DNA of 64,000 nucleotides, taken from NCBI GenBank assembly GCA_963804885.1, contig CAWDSF010000019.1, positions 19,215-83,214 of the forward strand, written 5' to 3'. The notes under the pieces are model-generated. The model was not told the origin of the DNA. It saw nothing but the letters and a program-made list of their open reading frames with translations, and searched no databases. The position numbers were made by a program, and so were the translations under genes. Numbering within the stretch: position 1 is the stretch's first letter; every line of letters starts with the position of its first letter. Origin of the DNA: an uncultured beta proteobacterium. GTDB lineage: Bacteria; Pseudomonadota; Gammaproteobacteria; Burkholderiales; SG8-41. Positions 29,740-42,503 of the stretch are shown here, piece after piece.

Positions 29740-30694
29740 ATGAACATCGCCCAGAAGTCCACGTTCGTCCTCAGCCGCCGTCACCTGCTGGGGATCGAAG
29801 GGCTTTCGCGCGACGAGATCATCGGCCTGCTCGACCTCGCCGAGGAATTCGTCGAGCTCAACCGCCAGATCGAGAAAAAGCCCACGTCGCTGCGCGGCCG
29901 CACCCTGATCAACCTGTTCTTCGAGGCCTCGACCCGCACCCAGTCCTCGTTCGAGCTCGCCGGCAAGCGGCTCGGCGCCGACGTGATGAACATGTCGGTC
30001 GGCACTCGTCCTCGATGCGCAAGGGCGAGACGCTGATCGACACCGCGATGACGCTCAACGCCATGCATCCCGACATCCTGGTGGTGCGCCATCACGCGTC
30101 CGGCGCGGTCGAGCTGCTGGCGCAGAAGGTCGACTGCTCGGTGATCAATGCCGGCGACGGCGCGCACGAGCATCCGACCCAGGCGCTGCTCGACGCGCTC
30201 ACCATCCGCCGCAACAAGGGCCGCATCGAGGGCCTGACCGTCACGATCTGCGGCGACATCCTGCATTCGCGCGTCGCGCGCTCCAACATCATCCTGCTCA
30301 ACACGCTGGGCGCGCGCGTGCGCGTGGTCGCGCCCTCGACCCTGCTGCCGCCCGGCATCGAGCGCTTCGGCGTCGAGGTCTCGCGCGACATGCGCGAGGG
30401 CCTGAACGGCGCCGACATCGTGATGATGCTGCGGCTGCAGCGCGAGCGCATGAACGGCTCGTTCGTGCCCTCGACGCAGGAGTATCTTCCACTATTTCGG
30501 CCTCGACCAGAAGAAGCTCGCCTACGCCAAGCCCGACGCGCTGGTGATGCATCCCGGGCCGATGAACCGCGGCGTCGAGATCGACTCGACGTCGCCGACG
30601 GCGCGCAATCGCTGATCCGCGAGCAGGTCGAGATGGGCGTCGCGGTGCGCATGGCGGTGCTCGAAGCGCTGTCGCGCAATTGCCGAATGCGTAG
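29740..30694 (+). pseudogene. pyrB: Aspartate carbamoyltransferase catalytic subunit; several frame changes
   Basis: [23 protein letters not shown]...[24 protein letters not shown] (ORF 29437-30036), then [15 protein letters not shown]...[17 protein letters not shown]...HSRVARSN...[11 protein letters not shown] (ORF 29478-30758 and hand translation). The predicted end ...LSRNLPNA-TAG at 30692-30694 needs a 1-nt repair. Confidence 0.92.
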
Positions 30695-30757
30695 CGCTTC
30701 GCATATCGCGTACGCGCTCGCCAACTGCGGCTCGTGTCGTCTGCTGGGAACCAACTG

Positions 30758-32065
30758 ATGCTGTCCGACCGCCGCCCGATCCTGCTCGCCAACGCCCGGA
30801 TCGTCGATCCGTCGCGCGACCTCGATTTTCCCGGCGACCTGCTGATCGCCGACGGCGTGATCCGCGAGGCCAAGCGCGGCATCGACGCGGCCGGCGTGCC
30901 GGAAGGCACCGAGGTCGTCGATTGCCGCGGCAAGGTCGTCGCGCCCGGCCTGATCGACATGCGCGCCTTCGTCGGCGAGCCCGGCGCCGAGTATCGCGAG
31001 ACGCTCGCCTCCGCGAGCCAGGCGGCGGCCGCCGGCGGCGTCACCACCATCGTCTGCCAGCCCGACACCCGCCCGGTGATCGACGATCCGGCGATCGTCG
31101 ACTTCGTGCTGCGCCGCGCGCGCGACACCGCGATCGTGCACGTCCAGCCGATGGCGGCGCTGACCAAGGGCCTCAAGGGCGAGGAGATGACCGAGATCGG
31201 CCTGCTCAAGGCCGCCGGCGCGGTCGCCTTCACCGACGGCGCGCAAGAGCGTCACCAACGCGCAGGTGATGCGCCGCGCGCTGACCTACGCGCGCGACTT
31301 CGACGCGCTGATCGTGCACCACACCGAGGACCCCAACCTGGTCGGCGACGGCGTGATGAACGAGGGCGAGTTCGCCGCGCGGCTCGGCCTGTTCGGCATT
31401 CCGAAGGCCGCCGAGACCGTCATGCTGGAGCGCGACCTGCGCCTCGTCGCGCTGACCGCGCGGCGCTACCACGCGGCCTCGATCACCTGCGCGGAATCGC
31501 TCGCCGTGCTGCGGCGCGCCAAGGAGGCCGGCCTGCCGTCACCGCCGTCGGCCTCGATCAATCATCTCACGCTGAACGAGATCGACATCGGCTCCTATCG
31601 CACCTTCTTCAAGCTGTCGCCGCCGCTGCGCGCCGAGGAGGACCGCGTCGCGCTGGTCGAGGCGCTCGAGTCGACGGCCTGATCGACGTCGGTGATGTCG
31701 GACCACAATCCGCAGGACGTCGAGACCAAGCGCCTGCCGTTCGCCGAGGCGGCGCCGGGCGCGATCGGCCTCGAGACCATGCTGCCGGCGGCGCTGCGCC
31801 TCGTGCACAACGGCGAGATGAAGCTCGATGACGCTGCTCAAGGCGATGTCGACGCGGCCGGCCGAATTGCTCGGCCTGCCCGGCGGCACGCTGCAGGCCC
31901 GGCAGCCCCGCCGACGTGATCGTGATCGATATCGACGTGCCCTGGGTGCTCGACCGCGACGAGCTGAAGTCGAAGTGCAAGAACACGCCGTTCGACGAGG
32001 CGCGCCTGCAGGGCCGCGTGGTGCGCACCATCGTTGCCGGACGCACGGTGTTCGAATACGTGTGA
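30758..32065 (+). pseudogene. pyrC: Dihydroorotase (PyrC, allantoinase-like type); several frame changes
   Basis: MLSDRRPILLANARIVDPS...VVAPGLIDMRAFVGEPG (ORF 30734-31831), VMRRALTYARDFDALIVHHTEDP... (31266-31682), SDHNPQDVETKRLPFAEAAPGAIGLET (31692-31919). The end ...NTPFDEARLQGRVVRTIVAGRTVFEYV-TGA at 32063-32065 is by hand translation. Confidence 0.9.
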
Positions 32066-32694
32066 TAGGCTCGCTCGGCCATTGGCAGGGGACTCGCCCT
32101 GCCCTTCGCGATCGCGCGCTTCTGGTCGGCTATCTGCTCGGCTCGATCCCGTTCGGCCTGATCTTCACGCGGCTCGCCGGCACGCAGCGACATCCGCTCC
32201 ATCGGCTCGGGCAATATCGGCGCCACCAACGTGCTGCGCACCGGCCGCAAGGGCCTCGCCGCCGCGACGCTGCTCGGCGACATGCTCAAGGGCACGGTCG
32301 CGGTGCTGGTGATGACATGGCTCGGCGGCACGCGACGCGGCACTGGTCGCCGGGCTCGGCGCGTTCCTCGGCCACCTGTTCCCGGTCTGGCTGCAGCTTC
32401 AAGGGCGGCAAGGGCGTCGCGACCTATATCGGCGTGCTGCTCGCGCTCGCCTGGCCGGTCGCCGCTCGTCTTCGGCCGTGATCTGGCTCGCGGTCGCCGC
32501 GCTGACGCGCTATTCCTCGCTCGCCGGCGCTGATCGCCAGCGCGGTCATGCCGCCGCTGTTGCTCTGGCTCATCGGCGCGCACGCCGAGCGCTGCTGTTC
32601 CTGCTGCTGACGCGTGCTGCTCTTCGTCATGCACCGCGCCAACATCGCGCGGCTGCTGGCCGGCACCGAGGGCAAGATCGGCGGCGCCGGTTAG
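32062..32694 (+). pseudogene. plsY: Glycerol-3-phosphate acyltransferase PlsY; several frame changes
   Basis: GTG at 32062 overlaps the pyrC stop (GTGA). [21 protein letters not shown] ... [37 protein letters not shown] (ORFs 31828-32481 and 32231-32533). The end ...HRANIARLLAGTEGKIGGAG-TAG is near 32692-32694. Confidence 0.85.
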
Positions 32695-32736
32695 GCATCA
32701 GCAATCCTCGGTTGTCATCGGCCGCGCAGTCGCGGC

Positions 32737-33968
32737 ATGCTCGCCCGAACGGGGGACGGCGTGGCGAGGAATGCAATCGAGACCGGCGTTCGCCTGACCG
32801 ACGAGCAGCGGCTCGACTGGCTGCGGCTGATCCGCAGCGACAATGTCGGGCCGCGCACCTTCCGCGCGCTGCTCAATCACTTCGGCAGCGCCCGCGCAGC
32901 GCTCGAGGCGCTGCCCGATCTCGCGCGCCGCGGCGGCGCCGCCGCGCCCGCGCGGATCTGTCCGCGCGCCGATGCCGAGCGCGAGCTTGAGGCGGCCGCG
33001 CGAGCTCGGCGTCACCTTGGTCGCGCATCGGCGAGCCCGACTATCCGCCGCGGCTGCGCAGATCGACGATCGCGCCGCCGCTGCTCGCCGTGCGCGGCAA
33101 GCCCGCCGCGCTCGCCGCGCCCGATGGTCGCGATCGTCGGCTCGCGCAACGCGTCCGCCGCCGGCATCGAAATTCGCCGAGCGGCATGCGCGCGCGACCT
33201 CGGCGAGGCCGGCTTCGTCGATCGTCTCGGGGCTGGCGCGCGGCATCGACGCCGCCGCGCATCGCGCGAGCCTCGCCGACCGGCACCGTCGCGGTGCTCG
33301 CCGGCGGCCACGACCGCATCTATCCGCCCGAGCACGTCGGGCTTGCTCGACGCGCTCCTCGCCGAACGGCGCCGCGATCTCCGAAATGCCGCTCGGCTGG
33401 GAGCCGCGCGCGCCGCGATTTCCCGCGCCGCAACCGGCTGATCTCCGGCCTGTCGCTCGGCGTCGTGATCGTCGAGGCCGCGCAGCGCTCCGGCTCGCTG
33501 ATCACCGCGCGCTTCGCGCTCGAACAGGGCCGCGAGGTGTTCGCCGTGCCGGGCTCGCCGCTCGATCCGCGCGCCGAAGGCACCAACGGCCTGCTCAAGC
33601 AGGGCGCGACACTGGTGACCGAGGCCGCCGACGTGCTCGCGGTGCTGCAGCCGATCCTGGGCCAGACGCCGCGACCTGCCGCGCCGAGGAGCCGGACGCG
33701 CGCCGCCGCCGTGCCGAGCCCGACGCCGACGAGCGCGCGCGCATCGTCGGCGCTGCTCGGGCCCGACGCCGGTCAGCATCGACGATCTGGTCCGGCTGTC
33801 GGGCGCCGCCCGGCGATCGTGCGCACGGTGCTGCTGGAGCTCGAGCTCGCCGGACGGCTGGAGCGCCACGGCGGCGGCCTGGTCTCGCTGCTGTACGTGC
33901 CGCGAGCTTCTTCATGCCGGGATCAACGCTCGGTTTGGCGCGGCGCCAAAGTTGACGGCACAGCATAG
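32737..33968 (+). pseudogene. dprA: DNA-processing protein DprA; several frame changes, 3' end uncertain
   Basis: LTDEQRLDWLRLIRSDNVGPRTFRALLNHFGSARAALEALP (ORF 32737-33441), VGSRNAS...[32 protein letters not shown] and [63 protein letters not shown] ... [21 protein letters not shown] (ORF 33090-33968). Confidence 0.85.
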
Positions 33969-34174
33969 CTAGAAGGAGAATGATCTTCGATATGCATCTT
34001 GCAGTTGGTGTCCCGAGCCATGCGCCGGACGCCGGTCGGAAGCCCCTAAAACGGCCGGTCTTGGCCTTCACGATTTGACAGGGCAGGCTTGCCTTCCCCA
34101 TGTTCCGCGCCGACTCGGAGCCGCCGACAGCGCCGCAAATCGCACCGCAAAAGTCAGATAACCTATGGGATTTC

Positions 34175-36892
34175 ATGAACATCGTCGTTGTCGAATCGCC
34201 CGCCAAGGCCAAGACGATCAACAAGTATCTGGGCCCCGGCTACGAGGTGCTGGCCTCCTTCGGCCATGTCCGCGACCTGCCGGCCAAGAACGGCTCGGTC
34301 GATCCCGAACGCCGATTTCCACATGATCTGGGAGGTCGACGCCAAGGCGCAGAAGCGCCTCACCGACATCGCCCGGGCCGTCAAGGGCGCCGACAAGCTG
34401 ATCCTCGCCACCGACCCGGACCGCGAGGGCGAGGCGATCTCCTGGCACGTGCTGCGAGGTGCTGAAGGAAAAGAAGGCGCTGAAGGACCAGAAGATCGAG
34501 CGCGTGGTGTTCAACGCCATCACCAAGCAGGCGGTCACCGAGGCGATGAAGCATCCGCGCGCAGATCGACGGCGCGCTGGTCGATGCCTATCTGGCGCGC
34601 CGCGCGCTCGACTATCTGGTCGGCTTCACGCTCTCGCCGGTGCTGTGGCGCAAGCTGCCCGGCGCGCGCTCGGCCGGCCGCGTGCAGTCGGTCGCGCTGC
34701 GGCTCGTCTGCGACCGCGAGCTCGAGATCGAGAAATTCGTCGCGCGCGAATACTGGTCGCTGGTCGCGACGCTCGCGACGCCGCGCAACGAGACCTTCGA
34801 AGCGCGCCTCGTCGGCGCCGACGGCAAGAAGATCCAGCGCCTCGACATCGGCTCCGGCGCCGAGGCCGAAGCCTTCAAGCGCGACGCTCGAGACCGCGCA
34901 GTTTTCGCGTCGCCTCGGTCGAGGCGAAGCCCGCCAAGCGCAATCCCGCCGCCGCCCTTCACCACCTCGACCCTGCAGCAGGAGGCGAGCCGCAAGCTCG
35001 GCTTCGCGCCCGCGCACACGATGCGGGTCGCGCAGCGGCTCTATGAAGGCATCGACATCGGCGGCGAGACCGTCGGCCTCATCACCTATATGCGCACCGA
35101 CGGCGTGCAGATCGCGCCCGAGGCGATCACCGCGATCGCGCAGCGTGATCGGCCGGACTACGGCAAGCGACTACGTGCCGGACGCGCCGCGCGCACTACC
35201 AGACCAAGGCCAAGAACGCGCAGGAAGCGCACGAAGCGATCCGCCCGACCGACGTCGCCCGCCGCCCGCGCGACGTCGCCAAATATCCTCGATTCCGACC
35301 AGGCCAAGCTCTACGAGCTGATCTGGCTGCGCACGATGGCGAGCCAGATGGAATCCGCCGAGCTCGAGCGCACCACCGTCGACATCGCCGCCAAGGTCGG
35401 CGCGCGCACTGCTCGACCTGCGCGCCACCGGCACGGTGATCAAGTTCGACGGCTTCCTGACGCTCTATCAGGAAGGCCAGGACGACGACGCCGGACGACG
35501 ACGAAGTCACGCCGCCTGCCCGCGATGAGCGACGGCGAGCGCGCTCGACAAGCGCGCGATCGCCGCCACCCAGCATTTCACCGAGCCGCCGCCGCGCTAT
35601 TCGGAAGCCTCGCTGGTCAAGCGCATGGAAGAGCTCGGCATCGGCCGGCCCTCGACCTACGCGTCGATCCTGCAGGTGCTGAAGGACCGCAACTATGTGC
35701 GGCTCGACAAGAAGCGGCTCGTACCCCGAGGACAAGGGCCGCGTGCGTCGTCGCCTTCCTGGAGAACTTCTTCGCCCGCTACGTCGAATACGACTTCACC
35801 GCCGGCCTGGAGGAGCAGCTCGACCGCATCTCCAACAACGAGGTCGACTGGCGCGAGGTGCTGCGCGACTTCTGGCGCGACTTCATCGGCGCGGTCGACG
35901 AGATCAAGGATCTGCGCATCACGCGAGGTGCTCGACGCGCTCGACGAGATGCTCGCGCCGCATCTCTTCCCGCCGCGCAAGGACGGCACCGATCCGCGCC
36001 ACTGCCCGACCTGCGGCAACGGCCGGCTCGTCGCTGAAGCTCGGCACGTTCGGCGCCTTCATCGGCTGCTCGAACTATCCGGAGTGCCGCTACACCCGCC
36101 AGCTCGCCGGCGACCGGACGGCAACGGCGGCGGCATGCCGACAAGGTGCTCGGCAAGGACCCGGAGACCGGCCTCGACGTCACGCTGCGAGCCGGCCGCT
36201 TCGGCCCCTATCTGCAGCTCGGCGAAGCCACCAAGGACACGGACGAGAAGCCGAAGCGCGCCGGCCTGCCGAAGGGCTGGTCGCCCGACGACATCGACGC
36301 TCGAGACGCGCGCTCAAGCTGCTGCTCGCTGCCGCGCGAGGTCGGCAAGCATCCCGGAGGACGGCGAGCCGATCCTGGCCGGCATCGGCCGCTTCGGCCC
36401 CTACGTGCAGCACGGCAAGACCTACGCCAACCTCGAGCCGGCGACGACGTGCTCACCATCGGCCTCAACCGCGCGGTGACGCTGATCGCCGAGAAGACGC
36501 GCCAACCCCGGCAAGGGCCGCCGCTTCGGCGCCGATCCCGGCCGCGCGCTCGGCGAGCATCCGCAACGGGGCGGGCCGATCGTGGTCAAGAACGGCCGCT
36601 ACGGGCCCTACGTGAGCCACAACGGCATCAACGCCACGATCTGCCGGGCGACAAGACGCCGGAGACGATCACGCTCGACGAGGCCGTCGGCCCTGATCGA
36701 CGCGCGCGCCGAGACGACGCGGCGGCAGGCCCGACGCGCGCGGCGCAAGGCGCCCGGCCGCAAACAGGCCGCACGCCGCCAAGCGCGCCAGCGGCCAAGC
36801 TGCCGGCCGGCAAGCCGAAAAGAAGCGCGCGCCGCAAGCCGCCGCCAAGAAGGCTGCCCGCAAGACCGAAGAGCCCGCCTGCCGCCGAGTGA
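34175..36892 (+). pseudogene. topA: DNA topoisomerase I; many frame changes
   Basis: [36 protein letters not shown] starts at ATG 34175. Pieces cycle through ORFs 34100-34465, 34188-35321, 34459-35046, 34640-36037, 35625-36479, 35695-36615, 36146-36892 and 36582-37628 ([72 protein letters not shown], zinc-ribbon CPTCGNG...CSNYPEC). Confidence 0.93.
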
Positions 36893-36953
36893 CGCGCTGG
36901 CAAGGCGACCGCGCAGCCCTAAGTATCCAACATCGGAGAGCGCCTTTCGGCGC

Positions 36954-39172
36954 ATGAATTTCATTGTCACGACGCCAGCCTCAAGCCACGCCGTCTCCCT
37001 CCACGCGACGACCTCCTCGCCTTCATCGGCGACGCACACGGGCAAGGTCGGCATGCGCGAGATCGCGCGCGCCTTCGGCCTGAAGAACGCCGACCGCGCC
37101 GACGCTCAAGCGCATGCTGCGCGAGCTCGCCGACGAAGGCACGGTCGAGCAGCCGGCGCAAGAAGCTGCATCACGCCGGCACCCTGCCCTCGGTCGTGCT
37201 CGCCGACATCACCGAGCCGCGACGCGCGACGGCGAGCTGATCGCCGTCCCGACCGAATGGGACGAGGACGCACGGCGCCGCCGCCGCACATCCGCATCCA
37301 CGTCCCGCGCCAGGCGCGGCCCGGACGAAATCGCCGGCGTCGGCGACCGCGCGCTGCTGCGCATCGAGGAGACCGGCGAGGCGAGGACGGCGATCCGCCA
37401 CAGCGGCCGCGTCATCAAGGTGCTCGACCGCGCCAAGCCAGCGTCAGCTCGGCATCTTCCGCGCGCTGCCGAACGGCGGCGGGCGGCTCGTGCCGATCGA
37501 CAAGAAGCAGCTCGGCCGCGAGCTCGCGATTCCGCGCGCGACGCCGCCAGGACGCCCAGGACGGCGATCTGGTCGCGGTCGAGCGTCGAGCCGCCAGGGC
37601 GGCTTCGGGCTGCCGACCGCGCGCGTGAAGGAGCGGCTCGGCTCGCTCAAGAGCGAGCGCGCGGTCAGCCTGATCGCGATCCACGCGCACGACATCCCGC
37701 ATGTCTTCCCGCGCGGCGCTGGCCGAGGCCGAGGCCGCGCGGCCCGCGGACGCGAGCCGGCCGCGAGGACTGGCGCAAGCTGCCGCTCGTCACCATCGAT
37801 CCGACCGACGCCAAGGACCACGACGACGCGGTCCACGCCGAAGCCGACACCGATCCGAACAATCCCGGCGGCTTCATCGTCACGGTCGCCATCGCCGACG
37901 TCGCGCACTACGTGACGCCCGGCTCGGCGCTCGACCGCGAGGCGCTGGTGCGCGGCAACTCGGTCTATTTCCCCGACCGCGTCGTGCCGATGCTGCCGGA
38001 GCGCATCTCCAACGATCTGTGCTCGCTGCGCCCGCAACGAGGACCGCGCGGCGCTCGCGGTGCGCATGGTCGATCGGCGCCGACGGCCGCAAGCGCCGCA
38101 CACGCTTCCATCGCGTGCTGATGCGCTCGGCCGCCAAGCTCCATTACGCGCAGGCGCAGGCCGCGATCGACGGCGCGCCGACGAGACCACCGGCCCCCTG
38201 CTCGAGCGCGTGCTCGAGCCGCTCTATGCCGCCTATGCGGCGCTCAAGCGCGAGCGCGCACGAGCGCCAGCCGCTCGATCTCGATCTGCCCGAGCGCAAG
38301 ATCCTGCTGAAGCCCGACGGCACGGTCGATCGCGTCGATCACGCCGCAGCGGCTCGACGCGCACCGGCTGATCGAGGAGTTCATGATCCTCGCCAACGTG
38401 GCGGCGGCCGAGACGCTGGAGCAGCGCGCGCTGCCGCTGATCTATCGCGTGCACGACGAGCCGTCGCCGGAGAAGCTCGAAGCGCTGCGCGAATTCCTCG
38501 CGACGCTCGACATCTCGCTGCGCCAAGGGCCGGCGCGCTGCGGCCCGAGCACTTCAACCAGATCCTGCGCGGGTCAAGGGCAGCGAGCACGAGCAGCTGG
38601 TCAACGAGGTGGTGCTGCGCACGCCAGGCGCAGGCCGAATATGCGGCCGAGAACTACGGCCACTTCGGGCTCAACCTGCGCCGCTATGCGCACTTCACCT
38701 CGCCGATCCGCCGCTACGCCGACCTGATCGTGCATCGCGCGCTGATCCGCGCGCAGCAACTTCGGCGCCGACGGCCTGCCCGAGGCGCAGGACCATGCGT
38801 CGCTGACCGAGATCGCGGCGCAGCATCTCGGCCGCCGAGCGGCGCGCCATGAAGGCCGAGCGCGAGACCGTCGACCGGCTGATCGCGCATTTCCTCGCCG
38901 ACCGCATCGGCGCGACCTTCGAGGGCCGCATCACCGGCGTCACGCGCGCCGGCCTGTTCGTCAAGCTCGACGAGACCGGCGCCGACGGCTTCATCCCGGC
39001 GCGCACCATCGGCGACGACTATTTCCGCTACGACGAGGCGCGCCACGCGCTGATCGGCAACCACACCGGCGAGACCTATCGGCTCGGCGACCGCGTCACC
39101 GTCAAGCTGGTCGAGGCGGCGCCGGTCGCCGGCGCGCTGCGATTCGAGCTTCTGTCCGAAGGGCGCTCATGA
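36954..39172 (+). pseudogene. rnr: Ribonuclease R; many frame changes, 5' end uncertain
   Basis: [20 protein letters not shown] (ORF 36582-37628), [20 protein letters not shown]...[10 protein letters not shown]...[22 protein letters not shown] (37114-38121), [11 protein letters not shown]...YRVHDEP (38383-38727), [28 protein letters not shown] (37701-38852), and the S1 domain with stop (38849-39172). Confidence 0.9.
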
Positions 39173-39259
39173 CGGGCGCGCAACGCATCGGCGCGTCCGG
39201 GCGACGCGCCCGGCAAGCGCCGGTCCCGAACGCGAAAAGCGCAATCATCGCAAGCGCCG

Positions 39260-40022
39260 ATGAACGACAACCTGCTCCGAGCGCCTCACCAAGACCGAGC
39301 GCGACCAGAGCCACCCGAACCTGCAGCCGCGCGATGCCGCGACGCTGATCCTGGTCGACCGCTCCGGCCCGGCGCCGAAGGTGCTGCTCGGCCAGCGCCA
39401 CGCGGGCATGAAATTCATGCCCGGCAAGTTCGTGTTTCCCGGCGGCCGCATCGAGCCGGGCGACCGGCAGATGCCCGTCGGCACGCCGCTGCATCCGGAC
39501 GCCGGCAGAGCTGATGCGCAGCGTGCAGCGGCCGAGCGCGGCGCAAGGCGCGCGCGCTTGCGCTCGCCGCGATCCGCGAGACCTTCGAGGAGACCGGCCT
39601 GCTGCTCGGCCAAGGCGGCCGACGAGGCCCCGACGGCGCCGAGCGGCCCTTGGTCGAAGTTCGCCGAGGCCAAAGTCCTTCCCGATCTCGGCAGCTGCAT
39701 TTCATCGTGCGCGCGATCACGCCGCCCCGCCGCCCGCGCCGCTTCGACACGCGCTTCTTTACCGCCGACGCCAGCGCGATCGCGCATCGGGTCGACGGCA
39801 AGGTCGGCCCGGAAGCCGAACTGGTCGAACTGGTCTGGCTGCCGATGGCGACCACAAGGAGCCAGTCGACCTGCCGACCATCACCGAGATCGTGCTGGAC
39901 GAACTGCAGGCCCGGATCGCAAGCGGGCTTCGGCCACGACCTGCCGTTGCCGTTCTATCACGATGCTGGGCAAGAAGTTCGGGTCCGGGACCTGTTATCG
40001 GCGAAGGGCCGGATTTTCTTGA
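39260..40022 (+). pseudogene. NUDIX hydrolase; frame changes, 3' end uncertain
   Basis: MKFMPGKFVFPGGRIEPGD (ORF 39381-40022) plus Nudix box ...AAIRETFEETGLLLG (hand translation near 39560-39610). HFIVRAITPPRRPRRFDTRFFTADASAI is in ORF 39650-40045. Confidence 0.7.
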
Positions 40023-40084
40023 CTTTCGGCGCGCCAGACCGCTAGGTTCCGCCGCCAACACGATTTCCACCGTCGAGGTTCGCC

Positions 40085-40252
40085 ATGGCCAAGGCCACCA
40101 CCATCAAGGTCAAGCTCGTGTCGAGCGCCGACACCGGCTTCTATTACGTGACCAAGAAGAATTCGCGCACCATGACCGACAAGCTCGTCAAGAAGAAATA
40201 CGATCCGGTCGCCAAGAAGCACGTCGAATTCCGCGAATCGAAGATCAAGTAA
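40085..40252 (+). CDS. rpmG: 50S ribosomal protein L33
   Basis: Hand translation: [58 protein letters not shown]. It is too short for the ORF track. Confidence 0.96.
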   Translation: MAKATTIKVKLVSSADTGFYYVTKKNSRTMTDKLVKKKYDPVAKKHVEFRESKIK

Positions 40253-40274
40253 TCGGCGCGAACGCCGTCACGAC

Positions 40275-40305
40275 AAGGGCGCCTTGCGGCGCCCTTTCTG
40301 TTTTT
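40275..40305 (+). terminator. Rho-independent terminator of rpmG
   Basis: aagggcgcc-ttgc-ggcgccctt followed by tctgttttt, 23 nt after the stop. Confidence 0.8.
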
Positions 40306-40355
40306 CGATGAGAGGATCGCGGCGAAAGGAAATGGTCGCGGCGGAAGAGAAAGGT

Positions 40356-40409
40356 GGCCGGCCGGGAGCGGTGTCATGAGGAGGCCACTCGCACCGCTCC
40401 CGGCCGGCC
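40356..40409. repeat. Perfect 18-bp GC-rich inverted repeat with 18-nt loop
   Basis: ggccggccgggagcggtg ... caccgctcccggccggcc, in the rpmG/pleD convergent intergenic region. Confidence 0.7.
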
Positions 40410-40729
40410 GAACCCCACGGACTCAGGAGATGCGGCGGACCTGAGCATTCCGTAGGGCTATTTCGGAGAGGAAGCGTCGCTGCCTGAGACCCGACATCAA
40501 GCTCGGCTGGTGTCGCGCTTGCCGCTTCGGCTTCACGCTAGCCGCTGGCGCGCGTTGGAACGCAACGTTCAAACCCATGATAAACGCCGGATTTCCGGGC
40601 AATCCCGCGTCAACCTAAATCGTTATGGTTGACGCGCGCGCGGCGCGAAGCCGCGCGCAAAATGTGGCGGCAAAAATGGGGTCAAGCGCGGGGCTTGAGG
40701 TATGTCCTGCAGGGACTCGCGCCAGGCCG

Positions 40730-42118
40730 TCACGCCGCGTCGGCCACCACGCGATTGCGGCCGTCGCGCTTGGCGCGATAGAGCGCCTGGTCGGCGCGCT
40801 TGAGGATCGCGCGCGGCGGTGTCGTCGGCGCCGTCGAGCGCCGCGATCCCGATCGAGATCGTCACCTCGATCGCGCTTGGCGCCCTGCTGGATCGCGAAC
40901 GGCTCGCCCGCGATGCGCCGGCGCAGCCGCTCCGCCACCATGGTGGCGACCGCCATGTCGGTCTCCGGCATCACGATGACGAATTCCTCGCCGCCGTAGC
41001 GGCAGGCGAGATCGATGCCGCGGATCGACTTGCTTGCACCCGCACGGCGAATTCGCGCAGCACGTCGTCGCCGGCGTCGTGGCCGTGGGTGTCGTTGATC
41101 GCCTTGAAGTAGTCGATGTCGAGCACCAGCAGCGGTGAGCGGCTTGCCGCGCGCCGCCGCCTGCTCGACCAGCGTCGACAGATGGCTCTCCATGTAGCGG
41201 CGATTGTACAGGCCGGTGAGCGCGTCGGTGATCGCCATCTCGATCGACATGCTGCACATTGTCGCGCAGCCGCTCGGTGTAGCGCTTGCTTGCGGATCTG
41301 CGTGCGCACGCGCGCCAGCAGCTCGTTCTTGTCGATCGGCCGCACCAGATAGTCGTTCACGCCGATCTCGAGCCCGCGCAGCAGCCGCGCGTTGTCGTCG
41401 GCCTCGGCGATCGCCAGGATCGGCACGTTGCGGGTGCGGTCGAGCGAGCGGACCTGGCTGCACAGCCGCAGCCCGTCGAAATTCTCCAGCGCCGAGCGAG
41501 ACGATCAGCAGGTCGTAGTTGCCTTCGGCGGCGTGGAACAGCGCCTCGCTGCGGGTTCGGCTTCGACATCGACGGTGTGCTCGGCGGCGAGCATCGCCGG
41601 CGATGCGCTCGTAGGACGAGCGCGCGGTCGTCGACCAGCAGCACGCGGCCGCTGCGCCCGGTCTCGGCGATCGCGCCGCGTCTCGGCGATCGTTGATGCC
41701 GATCTCGCGCGAGGTGACCGCGCGCATGCGCAGCTCGTCGGTCATCATCTTCAGGCGCGCGAGCGAGCGCACGCGCGCGATCAGCGCGACGTCGGACACC
41801 GGCTTGGTGAGGAAATCGTCGGCGCCGGCCTCGAGCCCGCGCACGCGGTCGGACGGCTGGTCGAGCGCCGTCACCATCACCACCGGAATGTGATGCGTCG
41901 CCGGATTGGCCTTGAGCCGGCGGCAGACCTCGAAGCCGTCCATGTCCGGCATCATCACGTCGAGCAGCACGATGTCGCATTCGCGCGCGCTCGCAGATCG
42001 CCAGCGCCTCGGCGCCGCTCATCGCGGTCGTGACGTCGAAATATTCGGCCGACAGCCGCGCTTCGAGCAGCTTCACGTTGGCCGGCACGTCGTCGACGAC
42101 GAGAACGCGGGCAGTCAT
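40730..42118 (-). pseudogene. pleD: Response regulator diguanylate cyclase PleD (REC-REC-GGDEF); many frame changes
   Basis: MTARVLVVDDVPANVKLLEARLSAEYFDV starts at ATG 42118 (ORF 41357-42337). DVMMPDMDGFEVCRRLKANPATHHIPVVMVTALDQPSDRVRGLEAGADDFLTKP and [15 protein letters not shown] are in ORF 40615-41970, and ITDALTGLYNRRYM in 40971-41426. The end ...ALYRAKRDGRNRVVADAA-TGA is at 40730-40732. Confidence 0.9.
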
Positions 42119-42129
42119 TACGCTACTCC

Positions 42130-42503
42130 TCAGGCGTTGCCGAGAAAATGACGGACCGTCTCGATGAACTTGCCGACCGAGATCGGCTTCGACAGATAGG
42201 CCTCGCAGCCGCCCTCGCGGATGCGCTCCTCGTCGCCCTTCATGGCGAAGGCGGTGACGGCGACGACCGGGATGCGACTTGAGCTCCGGATCGTCCTTGA
42301 GCCACTTGGTGACTTCGAGGCCGGAGACTTCGGGCAAGCTGGATGTCCATCAGGATCAGATCGGGCCGATGCTTGCGCGCGAGATCGAGCGCCTCGATGC
42401 CGTTGCGGGTGCCGACGGTCTGGTAGCCGTGCGCCTCCAACAGGTCGTGGAAGAGCTTCATGTTGAGCTCGTTGTCCTCCACGATCAGGACGGTCTTGGC
42501 CAT
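42130..42503 (-). pseudogene. divK: Single-domain cell-cycle response regulator DivK; two frame changes
   Basis: [56 protein letters not shown] (ORF 42240-42503), [19 protein letters not shown] (41357-42337), [33 protein letters not shown] through the stop (42130-42627). It lies 11 nt upstream of pleD. Confidence 0.9.

Noticed and set aside
40374-40442. 22-codon ORF starting in the loop of the 18-bp inverted repeat (ATGAGGAGG...)
   Set aside because: The apparent ATG and AGGAGG are part of the hairpin loop and arm. The peptide (MRRPLAPLPAGRTPRTQEMRRT) is a by-product of the GC-rich palindrome.
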